IMG/VR virus record: IMGVR_UViG_3300025141_000021
Direction: 5' to 3' (one strand)
Length of the DNA stretch: 64,000 bases
Source: a virus
Each line of letters begins with the position of its first letter. Positions within the stretch are counted from its first letter, which is position 1. Of the stretch, positions 1 to 10,734 are shown one piece after another. Under the pieces are notes generated by a model. That model had not been told where the DNA came from. It ran no database searches and worked only from the letters and a program-made list of their open reading frames with translations. The position numbers and the translations under genes were made by a program.

Positions 1-148
1 ATTTTGCAGCAACAGGCCCAACTTCTCGATGGCGTTCTTCAGCAGCCCTTAAATAAACAACCAAATCAGTCAATAGCGTTGCAGTTATTGCCCTGTCCTC
101 GCGAATATTTTTAATTGCTTCTTCAAGATATCCATCTAATTTTTTCAT
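1..148 (-). CDS. hypothetical protein, truncated by window edge
   Basis: Hand translation MKKLDGYLEEAIKNIREDRAIT...; its ATG overlaps the TGA of the upstream gene (ATGA); open to position 1. Confidence 0.55.
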   Translation of the reverse strand, partial: MKKLDGYLEEAIKNIREDRAITATLLTDLVVYLRAAEERHREVGPVAAK

Positions 149-876
149 GTTTCGCCCTCATCCCATTTAGCTTTAAAAACTCGGTATTTAATTCTCATTT
201 TGTTGAGATTGTTAACAACCTGTTTTGTGTTTAATCCGGTAATCTCTCTTATATATAAATAAATAGCTTTTTTGTTAAAAATTTCAATGCTATCAGTGTT
301 CTTAAGTAATATTTTAACAGCTTCAAACACTTTTTTCTCATTCTCTTTTAAAACGCCGGTATCCCAAGAATCTATTTCTGTCCACAAATATTGCCAGAAC
401 TCATCTCTTTCGCGATCTAAAATATAAGTGTTATATGTGGACATGTGCTCATTCTCTAATTCTTTAGAGAGATCTTCGAAATATACTTCTTTTCTGCTTT
501 TTGTTGCATTCTTTTTGACCTGATGGATAAACCAGTTTTTGGTCACAACACTAAAATACGAAAAGGCTTTCGAGCCTTTACTCGGATCGAATTTGTCTAG
601 TATCGTTGTAAGCCAAATCTTGCACTCTTCTTTAAGAGAGTCGATGTTTGGTAGGGTAGTAAATTTATATGTATAAATGATTTTATCGACCATCTCGTCA
701 AACACGGGGCCGATATATTTAATATAAAGCTCTGTTCGAACTTTTATATCTTTTGTGCGCGCATATTCTACAATTGCATCTTCGTGCACTTTTGTAAAAT
801 AATAATTTCCGCTTCTTTTGCGGCGCGTTCCTCTTCTTTTACGACGCGTCTTCGGTGGCGTCGGTGGTTTCGTCAT
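145..876 (-). CDS. phage sigma-factor-like protein (T4 gp55-like late sigma / sigma70 region 2)
   Basis: KFDPSKGSKAFSYFSVVTKNWF resembles region 2 (FDPxK..F.YF...I...F); basic N-terminus; helical C-terminus. Confidence 0.65.
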   Translation of the reverse strand: MTKPPTPPKTRRKRRGTRRKRSGNYYFTKVHEDAIVEYARTKDIKVRTELYIKYIGPVFDEMVDKIIYTYKFTTLPNIDSLKEECKIWLTTILDKFDPSKGSKAFSYFSVVTKNWFIHQVKKNATKSRKEVYFEDLSKELENEHMSTYNTYILDRERDEFWQYLWTEIDSWDTGVLKENEKKVFEAVKILLKNTDSIEIFNKKAIYLYIREITGLNTKQVVNNLNKMRIKYRVFKAKWDEGET

Positions 877-1180
877 TCAATATCTCCCCTTTAACTTCTT
901 CTTGCGTCAGGGAATATATGTCTTCATAGTCTCTAATCATATCAACTATTTCTTTAGAATGTGAAATCAGGTTTTGCAATGTTTCATCACCATAAAATGT
1001 TTCCATTTGATACATTGATTCAATGTGTTCTGCGTAATTACCAAGCCGTTCCTGTAAATCGCCAATATTGTCAGATACATATAACAGCTTTTTTAAAATA
1101 GCCTTGATATACCAAAAAGAAAGAATATTTAATAATATTGAGATTGTACAGATAGTAGAAACGACAAATAACGTATTCAT
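839..1180 (-). CDS. membrane-anchored coiled-coil hypothetical protein
   Basis: N-terminal hydrophobic helix followed by a helical acidic region; overlaps both neighbours. Confidence 0.6.
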   Translation of the reverse strand: MNTLFVVSTICTISILLNILSFWYIKAILKKLLYVSDNIGDLQERLGNYAEHIESMYQMETFYGDETLQNLISHSKEIVDMIRDYEDIYSLTQEEVKGEILNDETTDATEDAS

Positions 1181-1428
1181 GTTTTATATTCCCTTGAACG
1201 CAAATTCTTTTTCTCTTTGCGTATATCTTCCCGGGTTTCTTCAATAAAAGTTTTTATTTTATCACCCGGCTGCGAAGCCGCTGACTGTCTTTTTTTTGTT
1301 AATATCGCAGGAATTCTATTTAGAGTTTCTGCGCTGCAGTCTTCGCACTTTGTTAAACGTTCGCTCATAGAATGAACGACTTCTAACACACTTTCGCACT
1401 CATTACACTTATAGGTGTATCGAGGCAT
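1177..1428 (-). CDS. FmdB-family zinc-ribbon protein
   Basis: MPRYTYKCNEC...KCEDC pattern. Confidence 0.8.
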   Translation of the reverse strand: MPRYTYKCNECESVLEVVHSMSERLTKCEDCSAETLNRIPAILTKKRQSAASQPGDKIKTFIEETREDIRKEKKNLRSREYKT

Positions 1429-1430
1429 AA

Positions 1431-1640
1431 TTAGTCTGTAGCTTTCTTGGTTTCTTCCTGCTTGAATTGATTTTTAGGAATTTGCACAATAGGCGGGTTA
1501 ACGATAATTAATTCGTTTTGACTAGGCCCATCTGGCACAAATTCCATTGCCTTCAATACAGGAACAATATCAGACTGTTCCATAAGACTCTTTTGCAGAG
1601 CCATCATAATAGCACCAAGTGCTTCGTCGCTTAATTTCAT
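1431..1640 (-). CDS. hypothetical protein
   Basis: ORF coupled to gmd by an ATGA overlap. Confidence 0.55.
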   Translation of the reverse strand: MKLSDEALGAIMMALQKSLMEQSDIVPVLKAMEFVPDGPSQNELIIVNPPIVQIPKNQFKQEETKKATD

Positions 1641-2617
1641 AATTTTCTCCTTATATCTTTTAAATCGGCGTCATACATCATTTTGGCCAATTCTTCGAAA
1701 TTAACTTTTGGTTCCCAATTAAGCTTTTTTTTGGCTTTGGTTGGATCTCCTAATAAATATGGCACTTCATGCGGGCGAAAAAGCCTTGCATCAATGCTAA
1801 TATATTTATCTGGGCTTCCTAAGCCAGCATAATCAAAAACACATTCTAAAAATTCTTTTACTGTGTAACTCTTGCCAGTGGCGATTACATAATCGTCTGG
1901 ATTATCTTGCTGTAACATTAGCCACATAGCTTCTGTATAGTCTCCAGCAAAACCCCAGTCTCGTCGTGCATCTAGATTTCCCAAATGCAGTTTATCCTGT
2001 AACCCCAACTTAATCCTTGCCGCGGCAATGGTTATTTTCCTTGTGACAAACGTTTCTCCTCGTCTGGGGGATTCGTGATTAAATAATATTCCGCTAGAGG
2101 CATGAAGATTATAACTTTCACGATAGTTTCTTATAAGATTGTGTGCGAACACCTTTGCACAAGCATATGGTGATGCTGGGCAGAAAGGTGTTTCCTCGTT
2201 GAATGGAGGCAGAGGATTATCGCCATACATTTCAGATGACGATGCTTGATAAAATTTAGCCTCCGGGCACATTTGTCTATATGCGTTCAACAATCTAAGA
2301 GTTCCCATGGCTATTGAATCGACAGTTTCTTCGGATACATCAAACGACACTCTCACATGAGACTGTGCCGCGAGATTATATATTTCATCTGGATAATAAT
2401 TTTTCAACAATCTCCAAAAACATCCGGCATCGTGTAAATTGCCATATTCAAGCGTGAATCTTGTATCATTAAATATATTATCAATTCTGTCGGTCGTGAT
2501 AAGAGAGGTCCTTCTCTTAACTCCAATGACATTATATCCCTTTGATAGTAAAAGTTCTGCAAGATATGAACCATCTTGGCCAGTGACGCCGGTGATTAAA
2601 GCAGTTTTATTTTTCAT
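1637..2617 (-). CDS. gmd: GDP-mannose 4,6-dehydratase
   Basis: [64 protein letters not shown]. Confidence 0.97.
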   Translation of the reverse strand: MKNKTALITGVTGQDGSYLAELLLSKGYNVIGVKRRTSLITTDRIDNIFNDTRFTLEYGNLHDAGCFWRLLKNYYPDEIYNLAAQSHVRVSFDVSEETVDSIAMGTLRLLNAYRQMCPEAKFYQASSSEMYGDNPLPPFNEETPFCPASPYACAKVFAHNLIRNYRESYNLHASSGILFNHESPRRGETFVTRKITIAAARIKLGLQDKLHLGNLDARRDWGFAGDYTEAMWLMLQQDNPDDYVIATGKSYTVKEFLECVFDYAGLGSPDKYISIDARLFRPHEVPYLLGDPTKAKKKLNWEPKVNFEELAKMMYDADLKDIRRKL

Positions 2618-3500
2618 TATACCACCTATAGGTTTTTAAAACACCTTCTGCGAATGATGTGAAATTAAATCCATAAATTAATTCAAGAAGGCGTCGATTG
2701 GTTCCGTCTTTGCGATGTTGTCCTTCAAAGTTTCCGTTAAATTTAAATTTCACATCTTTTCCTGTCTGTTCTCGCAACATTTCGCACATCTGGCGTATTG
2801 AGAGGTTTTCCTCCGGAGCCACGATCAATGGAAGCTCTGAGGTGTGGTTCTCTAATAGTTCTGGAATTATCTGGCACAAATCATCAACATATAATTGTTG
2901 TCTCAGCGGCTTTCCAGTTCCCCACATGTTGATTATATCACCATTTTTTGCTTCGGTTAACTTTCTTATTAGAGAGGGAACGAAGTGCGATGTTTTGTAA
3001 TTGAAATTATCTCCAATGCCGTATACGTTGGAAGGGCAAAAACATGAATAATCTACTCCATATTGTTCTCTATAGGAAAGCGCCTGAACGTGTAGATTGC
3101 GCTTGGTGAATCCATAGGCAAAATTGGTTTTTACCGGAGGGCCCTTAAAAATATCTTCTTCAGTAAAGGGGTATTTTTCAACTTTGTCCGGAAACGCACA
3201 AGTGCTCAATGAAGCCAAAATTCTCCTAACACCAGATCTATACGCGCAGTGAATTAAGTTTGTGTTGATCATCGTGTTGATATAAAAATATTCAGCTTGT
3301 TTGCTGACATTATCAAATATTCCACCCACTCTGCCTGCCAAATGTATCACAGCCTCGGGGCGAAAGTCACTAAACATCTGTCTACATTCTTTTGCAGACG
3401 TTAGATCATACATATTTGAAGATACATATGTCCAATCTGGCTTGACCAGTTTAAGTCGACTGCCAACGAAGCCGGTACCTCCTGTCACTAAAACTGTCAT
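2607..3500 (-). CDS. fcl: GDP-L-fucose synthase (epimerase/reductase)
   Basis: [46 protein letters not shown]; adjacent to gmd. Confidence 0.9.
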   Translation of the reverse strand: MTVLVTGGTGFVGSRLKLVKPDWTYVSSNMYDLTSAKECRQMFSDFRPEAVIHLAGRVGGIFDNVSKQAEYFYINTMINTNLIHCAYRSGVRRILASLSTCAFPDKVEKYPFTEEDIFKGPPVKTNFAYGFTKRNLHVQALSYREQYGVDYSCFCPSNVYGIGDNFNYKTSHFVPSLIRKLTEAKNGDIINMWGTGKPLRQQLYVDDLCQIIPELLENHTSELPLIVAPEENLSIRQMCEMLREQTGKDVKFKFNGNFEGQHRKDGTNRRLLELIYGFNFTSFAEGVLKTYRWYNEK

Positions 3501-4504
3501 CTTCTTAATGATTTCCGTTCCTGGTATCGCTTAAGATACAAATCAAATAACTCTGGCCAACGCTTTTTAACCGCTTTATCAAAGTCTTCCATCATGTGAA
3601 ATGATTTGTCTTTTCTATGAAACTCCATATCTTTATTATCAACAGTGTTTGTTACATATGCTGAATTATGACCGCCATTCATTCGTCTATATTTTTCCGC
3701 GCTTCTATTTTTATGAAATTCAAATTTATCCATCAATTCGTTTAGTCTCGCAAGACTATGTTCGTTTAGCATGTCCATTGATTTTATCAAGCTCTCAAGC
3801 GTTTCTTTTGGCTTCAGGATTAAGTCTTCATAGTGTACAATAGTTTTATAGCCTTCGTGCTCGTGGTATCTTCTAATTAACGTAATATAACCTCCAGAAT
3901 TAGCATCAAATGCATTCTTCATAGTATCATCTTCGCTAGGGTTAAATTTAAAAGCCTCCATTCTCTCTGCAAGCCCGGGATCATTTCTAATCATAACTTC
4001 TTTATAGTTTCTAAGTAACAAAATCACTTTTTTATAAGAATGCTTAACTTTGTTCTCTTCATAAAGCCACTCGTGCCGTTTAAGCAATATTGGAGAATTT
4101 TTAATGTATTCTTTAAAAAATGGAGAATCTATATGACTATGAACTACCGGGATTGCACCTTTATCAAGAAATATTGGTTTTGAAGGTGTCTCAAAGCCTA
4201 ACATATGATAGTCTGGTCCCAATGTTGGTCTTTCTGTTATAAACTCAATGCAATATCGAAGCCATGTACTTCCAGAACGCGGGTAGGACAATAGAAGAAA
4301 TTCTGCATCCCCGGGTGAAAAGTTGTCTACCATAATTTTTTTACCAACCAGAAACGCGTCGAGGTCGCGACCCAGTTCTTGTTTCTTTTCCTTGCATGAA
4401 TGATGTATCGAATGTAATCTGTGACATAACTGACATCTTACTAAAAATGTTTTACACGGTCGATGTCTTGAGTGTGTCTGATTACACATGTGACATCTTC
4501 TCAA
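3497..4504 (-). CDS. sulfotransferase-family protein with Cys/His-rich N-terminus
   Basis: SYPRSGSTW PAPS-binding motif, LLRNYKE, VHYEDL; likely TTG start at 4504 just after the cupin stop. Confidence 0.7.
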   Translation of the reverse strand: MRRCHMCNQTHSRHRPCKTFLVRCQLCHRLHSIHHSCKEKKQELGRDLDAFLVGKKIMVDNFSPGDAEFLLLSYPRSGSTWLRYCIEFITERPTLGPDYHMLGFETPSKPIFLDKGAIPVVHSHIDSPFFKEYIKNSPILLKRHEWLYEENKVKHSYKKVILLLRNYKEVMIRNDPGLAERMEAFKFNPSEDDTMKNAFDANSGGYITLIRRYHEHEGYKTIVHYEDLILKPKETLESLIKSMDMLNEHSLARLNELMDKFEFHKNRSAEKYRRMNGGHNSAYVTNTVDNKDMEFHRKDKSFHMMEDFDKAVKKRWPELFDLYLKRYQERKSLRR

Positions 4505-4505
4505 T

Positions 4506-4862
4506 CTAGTCGCCTTTCTGAATTCTATGACTATCTTCGTCAAAATGTTGAGTTGAAAACTCAAATAATTCCGAGGGTTCTAGAGCAATCATCTGATGTC
4601 TCAGACCTCTATATACATGAAAATTTTGTCCAGGCTCTAAAGTAACTTCTTGAGCTGCTGCGATATTGTCTTCATCAGAGAATTTAACAATCATTTTCCC
4701 AGACTGTAAATAAAAAACCTCATCCTTCAATTTATGGTAATGCCACGAACATCGCTTGCCCTCATTAAAATATAGCAGTTTACCACAATATTCTGGTTTG
4801 TTAACAATCCAGCGCTCATGACCCCAGCCTTTTTCAACATATTTTATGGGGATTCCTACCAT
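4506..4862 (-). CDS. cupin-domain protein (sugar isomerase-like)
   Basis: KGWGHE, CSWHYHKLKDEVFY, HQM cupin motifs. Confidence 0.8.
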   Translation of the reverse strand: MVGIPIKYVEKGWGHERWIVNKPEYCGKLLYFNEGKRCSWHYHKLKDEVFYLQSGKMIVKFSDEDNIAAAQEVTLEPGQNFHVYRGLRHQMIALEPSELFEFSTQHFDEDSHRIQKGD

Positions 4863-5674
4863 ACTGTCTTTCCGCCATCAATGACCATGTTTTCGCCTGT
4901 CATATAAGAACTGGCGTCAGAACACAAAAATACTATGGCACCTTTGTATTCATCAAGGCGCGCCATACGATTCATTGGAATAATAGATGATAGTTTCTTT
5001 ACGAACTCTTTTGGGTGGTTATTGTATACACCTGTTGGGCTTAAGCAATTAACTCTGATGTTCTTCTCTGCAAAATAAACTGCCAAGTATTTTGTCATTC
5101 CAATTATCGCCCACTTAGCGGCCGAATAGGTAATCGGTTTAACGTTCTGCCTGTTTTCAGCAACACCATCTTTACGATATAGTCTTTGGTCGGGCGCAAT
5201 AACACCTAAATCTGATGAAATGTTCAAAATAACGCCACCGCCCTGTTTAAGCATCCTGTTTCCGACTATCTGAGAACAAAAGAACGTTCCATTTAGCGCA
5301 GCGTTGATGCCCTCAAACCAATATTCTGGAGACATAGTTTCAAATCTCGAATCAGGAGTTAGACCGCCACCCTTCTTAACCTTTGGATCCTTTGCGGCAT
5401 TATTAATGAGAATATCAATTTTCTCACAAAACCCGACAACAGTCTTGACTGACAATGGGTCCGCAACATCCATATGAAACGCGGCGGCCGATCCTTTTCC
5501 ATATTTGTTATTTAATTCAGCTGCTTTCTCGGAGACCCTGTCTAAATGATGATCTGTTAATATCACCCTGCCTCCATATTCAATTATTGCTGCAGCATGC
5601 TGTGGGCCAAGTAGACCTCCAGCGCCCGTAATTAATGCAGTTCGACCGGTCAGATCGAAAACGTTATTGTTCAT
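4856..5674 (-). CDS. SDR oxidoreductase (PtmA-like, glycan modification)
   Basis: TGAGGLLG, LINNAA, YSAAK, RVNCLSP, YMTGENMVIDGG. Confidence 0.85.
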   Translation of the reverse strand: MNNNVFDLTGRTALITGAGGLLGPQHAAAIIEYGGRVILTDHHLDRVSEKAAELNNKYGKGSAAAFHMDVADPLSVKTVVGFCEKIDILINNAAKDPKVKKGGGLTPDSRFETMSPEYWFEGINAALNGTFFCSQIVGNRMLKQGGGVILNISSDLGVIAPDQRLYRKDGVAENRQNVKPITYSAAKWAIIGMTKYLAVYFAEKNIRVNCLSPTGVYNNHPKEFVKKLSSIIPMNRMARLDEYKGAIVFLCSDASSYMTGENMVIDGGKTVW

Positions 5675-6428
5675 AATATATCCTTTCAAAAATGTCTTTG
5701 TGTAATAAAATTGTGTTTATCTCGTTACCAGATTTTCCTCTAGCTGTTTGTAGTGTATACACGCCATTATAGCCGTGTGATTTTAAATATTTAAATATCA
5801 TTTTGAAGTCTGTATCACCAGATGTTGGAAAGACCGTTTGGGCTTCATGTGTTCTGTCTTTTAAATGTACGTTTCTAATGTATTTCCCTATTTTTGCAAT
5901 GTATTCTTCATGATTATAGCCACATGAAGTAATATTTCCAGTGTCATACGTCACATAAAAGTTGTTTGAAAGCTCTAATATTTCTAATAATTTGTCAGCT
6001 TCTAGTTCTGCTTCAAATAGAAATCCTATTGTAGGGAAATTTTCACTCATACTTTGCATTACCTTGCCAAAAGCGTGTCTTTGGTTGTCATCTGACATAT
6101 CACTTTCTTCTAGCAAAGGAATGGTAATATATCTAATGTTATTCCTAAGCGCTGCAGTGCAAATTGGTATTAGGTTTCTCTTCAAATATTTTTTATCGTG
6201 AATACCGGAATCGACCAAATTGTCAGCACATATAGAATGTATCGGATAATCTAAAGCCGATTCAAAAAATATAGGATTTGTTGAAAACGATTTCTTTGTA
6301 ATAATCCATTCAACATGATTAAGATTCATGTTGTCTAATAAATCAAACTCTCTTCTCCAATTTTTTGGACACTCTTGAAAACCTTCGGTTGGTGTCGACA
6401 ACCTTCCCTGGATTATTCCGACTTTCAT
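5664..6428 (-). CDS. xylose-isomerase-like TIM-barrel sugar epimerase/isomerase
   Basis: GIIQGRL, FEAE, YDTGN, VHLKD, GDTDF motifs. Confidence 0.8.
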   Translation of the reverse strand: MKVGIIQGRLSTPTEGFQECPKNWRREFDLLDNMNLNHVEWIITKKSFSTNPIFFESALDYPIHSICADNLVDSGIHDKKYLKRNLIPICTAALRNNIRYITIPLLEESDMSDDNQRHAFGKVMQSMSENFPTIGFLFEAELEADKLLEILELSNNFYVTYDTGNITSCGYNHEEYIAKIGKYIRNVHLKDRTHEAQTVFPTSGDTDFKMIFKYLKSHGYNGVYTLQTARGKSGNEINTILLHKDIFERIYYEQ

Positions 6429-7399
6429 TCTTTATCCTTAAACTCATAAGGTGAAGGCAAATTGCTATTTTTTACGCTCTGTGAGTAGTCTTTTATCTGC
6501 TGGGCGATATCTACGCCCACATTGTCGCTCCAAGCGCTTAGAAGGCCGCTGGTGACCTCTCCTGGGGTACCAGGACCAATGTTCTGGCCATTCAGCTTAG
6601 TAACCGGCAGCAAACAGAAGGGGGTGCCCGTCATAAATGCTTCATCAGCCATCATTACATCGTATGGCTCAATGTTTTTTTCAACACATTCGAGACCAAG
6701 CTGTTCTGAGAGTTCGAATATATATTCTCTGCTTACACCTCTGAGAACGTTTCTTCCTTCTGGTGTTAAAATTCTACCATCTTTGACAATGAAAAAATTA
6801 TCCCCGGTTCCCTCGGCAATATAACCATCTGGATCCAGAAGCAAGGCCCAATTATCTTCACCGGCAAATTGAGAAACTTCAATGTTTGCCATAAGGTAGT
6901 GAATTCTACTTCTATTTTTCACTTTCGGTTCTAGCAATTGCGCCGGGATCGCCCGTTGAGAAGGGATTACGGCATTGATACCTTTATCAAATAAATGACC
7001 CATCGATGATACTGTCCAACGAAGAGGAAAATCAGCGATAATAATGTTTGGGCCCTTGTGCATACCAAGCACTTCCTCATAAAGAGAAAGAGTTCCACGA
7101 GACACATCAATCATAATGCGATGTTCATCATCGTCTTGAAAATGGGGATCATTAATCTCAATAGTTTTGTAAACCGCTTCTTCCATTTCATCGATTGTCA
7201 TTTTGATCGGAATACGAACATATTTTATCGATGCGTATAATCGTTCTAAGTGTTCGCGAAGTTTAAACTGTTTTTTGTTAAACGATCTCGTCATTTCAAA
7301 AACCATATCACCAAACATCAAAGCAGAATCATAGATTGATATCTTTGCTTCGCTCTCTGGCACAAATTCGCCATTAAAGTAAACTAACCTATTACTCAT
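6425..7399 (-). CDS. PLP-dependent aminotransferase class IV (IlvE/D-amino-acid type)
   Basis: FGDMVFE, HLERL, KVKNRSR, AEGTGDNFF, LRGVSR, EAFMTGT. Confidence 0.9.
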   Translation of the reverse strand: MSNRLVYFNGEFVPESEAKISIYDSALMFGDMVFEMTRSFNKKQFKLREHLERLYASIKYVRIPIKMTIDEMEEAVYKTIEINDPHFQDDDEHRIMIDVSRGTLSLYEEVLGMHKGPNIIIADFPLRWTVSSMGHLFDKGINAVIPSQRAIPAQLLEPKVKNRSRIHYLMANIEVSQFAGEDNWALLLDPDGYIAEGTGDNFFIVKDGRILTPEGRNVLRGVSREYIFELSEQLGLECVEKNIEPYDVMMADEAFMTGTPFCLLPVTKLNGQNIGPGTPGEVTSGLLSAWSDNVGVDIAQQIKDYSQSVKNSNLPSPYEFKDKE

Positions 7400-8070
7400 C
7401 CCAATTCCTTAAACTTGTATATAAATTCACACATTTTTAAATCATCCATATCGTCGATTTCATGAACTTTCCAATTGTCCATTAAAGAATATCCGATATT
7501 GCCGCCCAGTCTGTTGTTGTATCTGTTTATTGTTCTTGTTCTAAACACATATATTGATCCATTTTCAATCAATTGTCCGCTTAGTTCTTGTCTTCGTTTT
7601 CTATTTTCGAAATTAAAGTTTAAACTTCGAGGAGTTCCTGCCCTGTTGCATGTCCACAAACATAGGTCTTTTGCCTCAACTGCAGAAAAAACTGAATCTA
7701 AAGAATTGTTGACCAATGTCTCAATCGCATTGTCTATATCTTTTGGTTCTCTTAACGGAGAAGTCGGCTGTAAAAACACAACTGTGTCAATATCGTCGAT
7801 TTCATTAATAGCGTGTAGCAGGGCAGTTTCAGAAGAAGAAATATCTTGTGCTAGTATTTCTGGTCTCAATATTAAATTGGCGCCGTAATCTTTTGCAACG
7901 GTTAATATTTCTTCATCATCAGAAGATACGTATACTTTATTGCCGTATTCTGATGCTTTTGCTTGTTCTATAGAGTGTGCCAATAGCGGCTTACCTGCAA
8001 AATCAATGATATTTTTTCTTGGTATGCCCTTGCTTCCGCCGCGGGCTAAAATAACTGTTGCGGTTTTCAT
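7396..8070 (-). CDS. neuA: CMP-nonulosonate synthetase (acylneuraminate cytidylyltransferase)
   Basis: ARGGSKGIPRKN, LQPTSPLR, ENGSIY, EIDDMDDL. Confidence 0.92.
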   Translation of the reverse strand: MKTATVILARGGSKGIPRKNIIDFAGKPLLAHSIEQAKASEYGNKVYVSSDDEEILTVAKDYGANLILRPEILAQDISSSETALLHAINEIDDIDTVVFLQPTSPLREPKDIDNAIETLVNNSLDSVFSAVEAKDLCLWTCNRAGTPRSLNFNFENRKRRQELSGQLIENGSIYVFRTRTINRYNNRLGGNIGYSLMDNWKVHEIDDMDDLKMCEFIYKFKELG

Positions 8071-9299
8071 TCCAAAAATCGTTTTGCTGCTTCGAATATT
8101 TCTTCATACGCATTATCTTCAAGATAGAGCTTTGGGCTGAAAGCGTGATGGTACCACGTTGTTTCTTCCGGAGGCATTTGGCCAGTCTGTCTTTTGTGAT
8201 GATCTTTCATACCATATGGCCACCATTCCTCATTATATTTATCGGGAACATTGCCCGATAAAAATCTCTCATAACGACCAACACAAGAAGAAGGTCCAAG
8301 ATCGAAACAAAATTCATTAAAATTGGTCATAAACTGTTTCTGTTCTGACGAATGTTCGACGAGATCATAAGTTAATGCTTCATATGGGAGGAACTTCCAT
8401 CTTTTAAATATTACTGATGTGGTTTCTGCTGGCATCCAATCAACAATCTCGGTTTTTTGTTCTTGATAAAATTCTTCTTTATCCCAGTCAAAATCAACCG
8501 GCATTACATTACAGCTGGTGACATTACAAAAAACTAAATTTTTCTTCATGGCTGCAGCCATCGGCCAAAAGCCAGCATCACAAGAAATAAACAATTTGCA
8601 ATTTTGAATTAAAAACAGATAATCTTCGATTGTCCACCGTGGTTCTCCATCGTCATCAAGATACTTTGACAAATCGATTAAATTTTTGTGTTGATGATCT
8701 GCACCAAATTCGAATCTCGTATATCCGCCAGGAAGAGCTTTTTGTCTTTTATCTCCCAATTTAACAACTTTATATCCCATATTAGCATATGTAAGGGCTA
8801 ATTTGTGGAAAGCCTCTGGATCTACAAATCTCTCTTGATCAAACTCGGAACCATCAATTCTCTTCCACCAAGTGCCCTGTTCTCTATGAAATATAAGTAT
8901 TGCATCCTTTGGCAGCTTAAGATGGTTTTCATAATTCTCTTCATCGAATTTTAACGTTATGTCTGGTGCACCGGACAAGCTTGACCACGTGGAAGGATAT
9001 GCTTCTCGGCCATTTTCTTGTGTAAAGTCAGGATAAGCATCTGGCATTATAATGTCTTTTATCTCAATCCTCTTTTCATTGTCTTTCGTCTTGGAAGTGA
9101 AAAACTTAATATTCTCTGGCTCAACGCCAGGTATGCATAAAACAAAAGACCTTTGAAATTCATGCTCAACATAAATTTCAACATTTTTAGGATTTATGTC
9201 CTTCCTAGCTAAATGTTTTGCTAGCGCAATAGTTTGTTCTATTGAATTTCCTATTGAATTTTCATGGCGCCATATTCCAAATTTTAATTTTTTTTCCAA
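8067..9299 (-). CDS. putative GT-B glycosyltransferase (GT9/TIGR04372-like)
   Basis: LFISCDAGFWPMAAAMKK resembles the GT9 FIGxDSGxxHLAAA motif; cluster context. Confidence 0.5.
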   Translation of the reverse strand: MEKKLKFGIWRHENSIGNSIEQTIALAKHLARKDINPKNVEIYVEHEFQRSFVLCIPGVEPENIKFFTSKTKDNEKRIEIKDIIMPDAYPDFTQENGREAYPSTWSSLSGAPDITLKFDEENYENHLKLPKDAILIFHREQGTWWKRIDGSEFDQERFVDPEAFHKLALTYANMGYKVVKLGDKRQKALPGGYTRFEFGADHQHKNLIDLSKYLDDDGEPRWTIEDYLFLIQNCKLFISCDAGFWPMAAAMKKNLVFCNVTSCNVMPVDFDWDKEEFYQEQKTEIVDWMPAETTSVIFKRWKFLPYEALTYDLVEHSSEQKQFMTNFNEFCFDLGPSSCVGRYERFLSGNVPDKYNEEWWPYGMKDHHKRQTGQMPPEETTWYHHAFSPKLYLEDNAYEEIFEAAKRFLE

Positions 9300-10288
9300 A
9301 ACTTATATATTCCTTTCTCAAGTTCGTATTCTGGCCAAACAAATCGTGGACGGTTGGGTTGTGTAAGAGCCCAATTCCACATTTTTGTTAGACCCTCTGG
9401 TAAATCGGTTTTATGTTCAAAGCCAAGTAGCGATACTGATTTTTCCCACGTACTCCATGCGTGTTTAGCTTCATGTCGTTGTTCCAAATATATCGGCCTA
9501 ATATTAACATCTGTAACTTCAATAAGTATATTACATGCTTCTTCAATTGTATACTCTTTAATGCCACCTAAATTAATAGTTTGATCTATGCAATTATCAT
9601 TTTGGGAGGCATACCAAAAAGGCACCACTGAATCATCAACATAGCTAAACGCTCTTTTTTGTTGTCCATCTCCAAAAATAGTTGGCTGCTGTTCATTAAT
9701 AATTTGATACATCCAAATTCCTAGGACATTCCTATATTTATCCCAAATATTTTGGTTTCTGCCATAAAAATTATGTGGTCTAACTATCGTGTATTTTAAA
9801 CCATGTTGGTCATAAGCAATTTTAAGATCTTGTTCGACCGAAAACTTCGCAACCCCATATGGATCTATGGGGGTTTGTTGCATATCTTCGTCAAATGGGG
9901 GCTCGTGTCTGTCTCCATATACAGACATAGAACTAGCGAATACAAATCTGTTCACATCATATTTAATACTACAATTAATCAGATTTGCAGATGCAACCAA
10001 ATTATTTATATAATTGTGTCTTCTTAGGAATGGACTAAGCCCCTCTGCAGCATATGCGGCAAAATGATAAACGATATCTGGCCTTTCTTTTTTAAAAAGA
10101 GTGTCAAGCTCTTTTTCTGCAGTTGCTAAATCCAATTTATAAAATACTGCTTCTTTATTAACATTCTCTATATATCCACCACTAAAATCATCAATCCCAA
10201 CTACTCTTATACCTGGTTTATTTTCAATAAGCCAATCTGTTAGTCTGGAACCAAGCAGGCCTGCAATTCCTGTTATTAGTACTTTCAT
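9284..10288 (-). CDS. NAD-dependent nucleotide-sugar epimerase/dehydratase
   Basis: TGIAGLLG, HFAAY, SSMSVYG, YGVAK, RPHNFYG. Confidence 0.9.
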   Translation of the reverse strand: MKVLITGIAGLLGSRLTDWLIENKPGIRVVGIDDFSGGYIENVNKEAVFYKLDLATAEKELDTLFKKERPDIVYHFAAYAAEGLSPFLRRHNYINNLVASANLINCSIKYDVNRFVFASSMSVYGDRHEPPFDEDMQQTPIDPYGVAKFSVEQDLKIAYDQHGLKYTIVRPHNFYGRNQNIWDKYRNVLGIWMYQIINEQQPTIFGDGQQKRAFSYVDDSVVPFWYASQNDNCIDQTINLGGIKEYTIEEACNILIEVTDVNIRPIYLEQRHEAKHAWSTWEKSVSLLGFEHKTDLPEGLTKMWNWALTQPNRPRFVWPEYELEKGIYKFWKKN

Positions 10289-10725
10289 GTTTTTTGTTTC
10301 TGTTGCGATAATCCGGCCATAATTTTATCAATATTGTTTTTATTGATCGATCTTTCTTCGTTAGCCTTTCTCATCCTTTTAGCATGTGTTATAAGACTGT
10401 TAATATCCGGCTCATCGGAAGTAATCTCTGCTAATACACCTCTATCAGACTCTCCAACTAAAATGTCATTTACAACCAATTGTTCTAATTCCTCTACAAC
10501 GTCACTAGATTTAAATGTCCGCTTTTCTGCCAAATAATCGTATTCGCCACTTTTAAGGCATTTCTCAAAAAGATTGGCCACTCTTCCCTTAATTTCATTT
10601 ATCACCACTTCTTGGTGTTGTGCTTTCTCAGTATCTCCATCTTTTTCAAAAAAGAAAAGCTTAATCCTCTCGGAAATTAATCTATCGAACAGAGCCGATA
10701 ATGTATCAAGATTGGTTATCATCAT
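10285..10725 (-). CDS. helical hypothetical protein with two similar halves (DUF4254-like)
   Basis: LFDRLISERIKLF and VVEELEQLVVNDIL...R segments. Confidence 0.45.
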   Translation of the reverse strand: MMITNLDTLSALFDRLISERIKLFFFEKDGDTEKAQHQEVVINEIKGRVANLFEKCLKSGEYDYLAEKRTFKSSDVVEELEQLVVNDILVGESDRGVLAEITSDEPDINSLITHAKRMRKANEERSINKNNIDKIMAGLSQQKQKT

Positions 10726-10734
10726 AATATTTTC

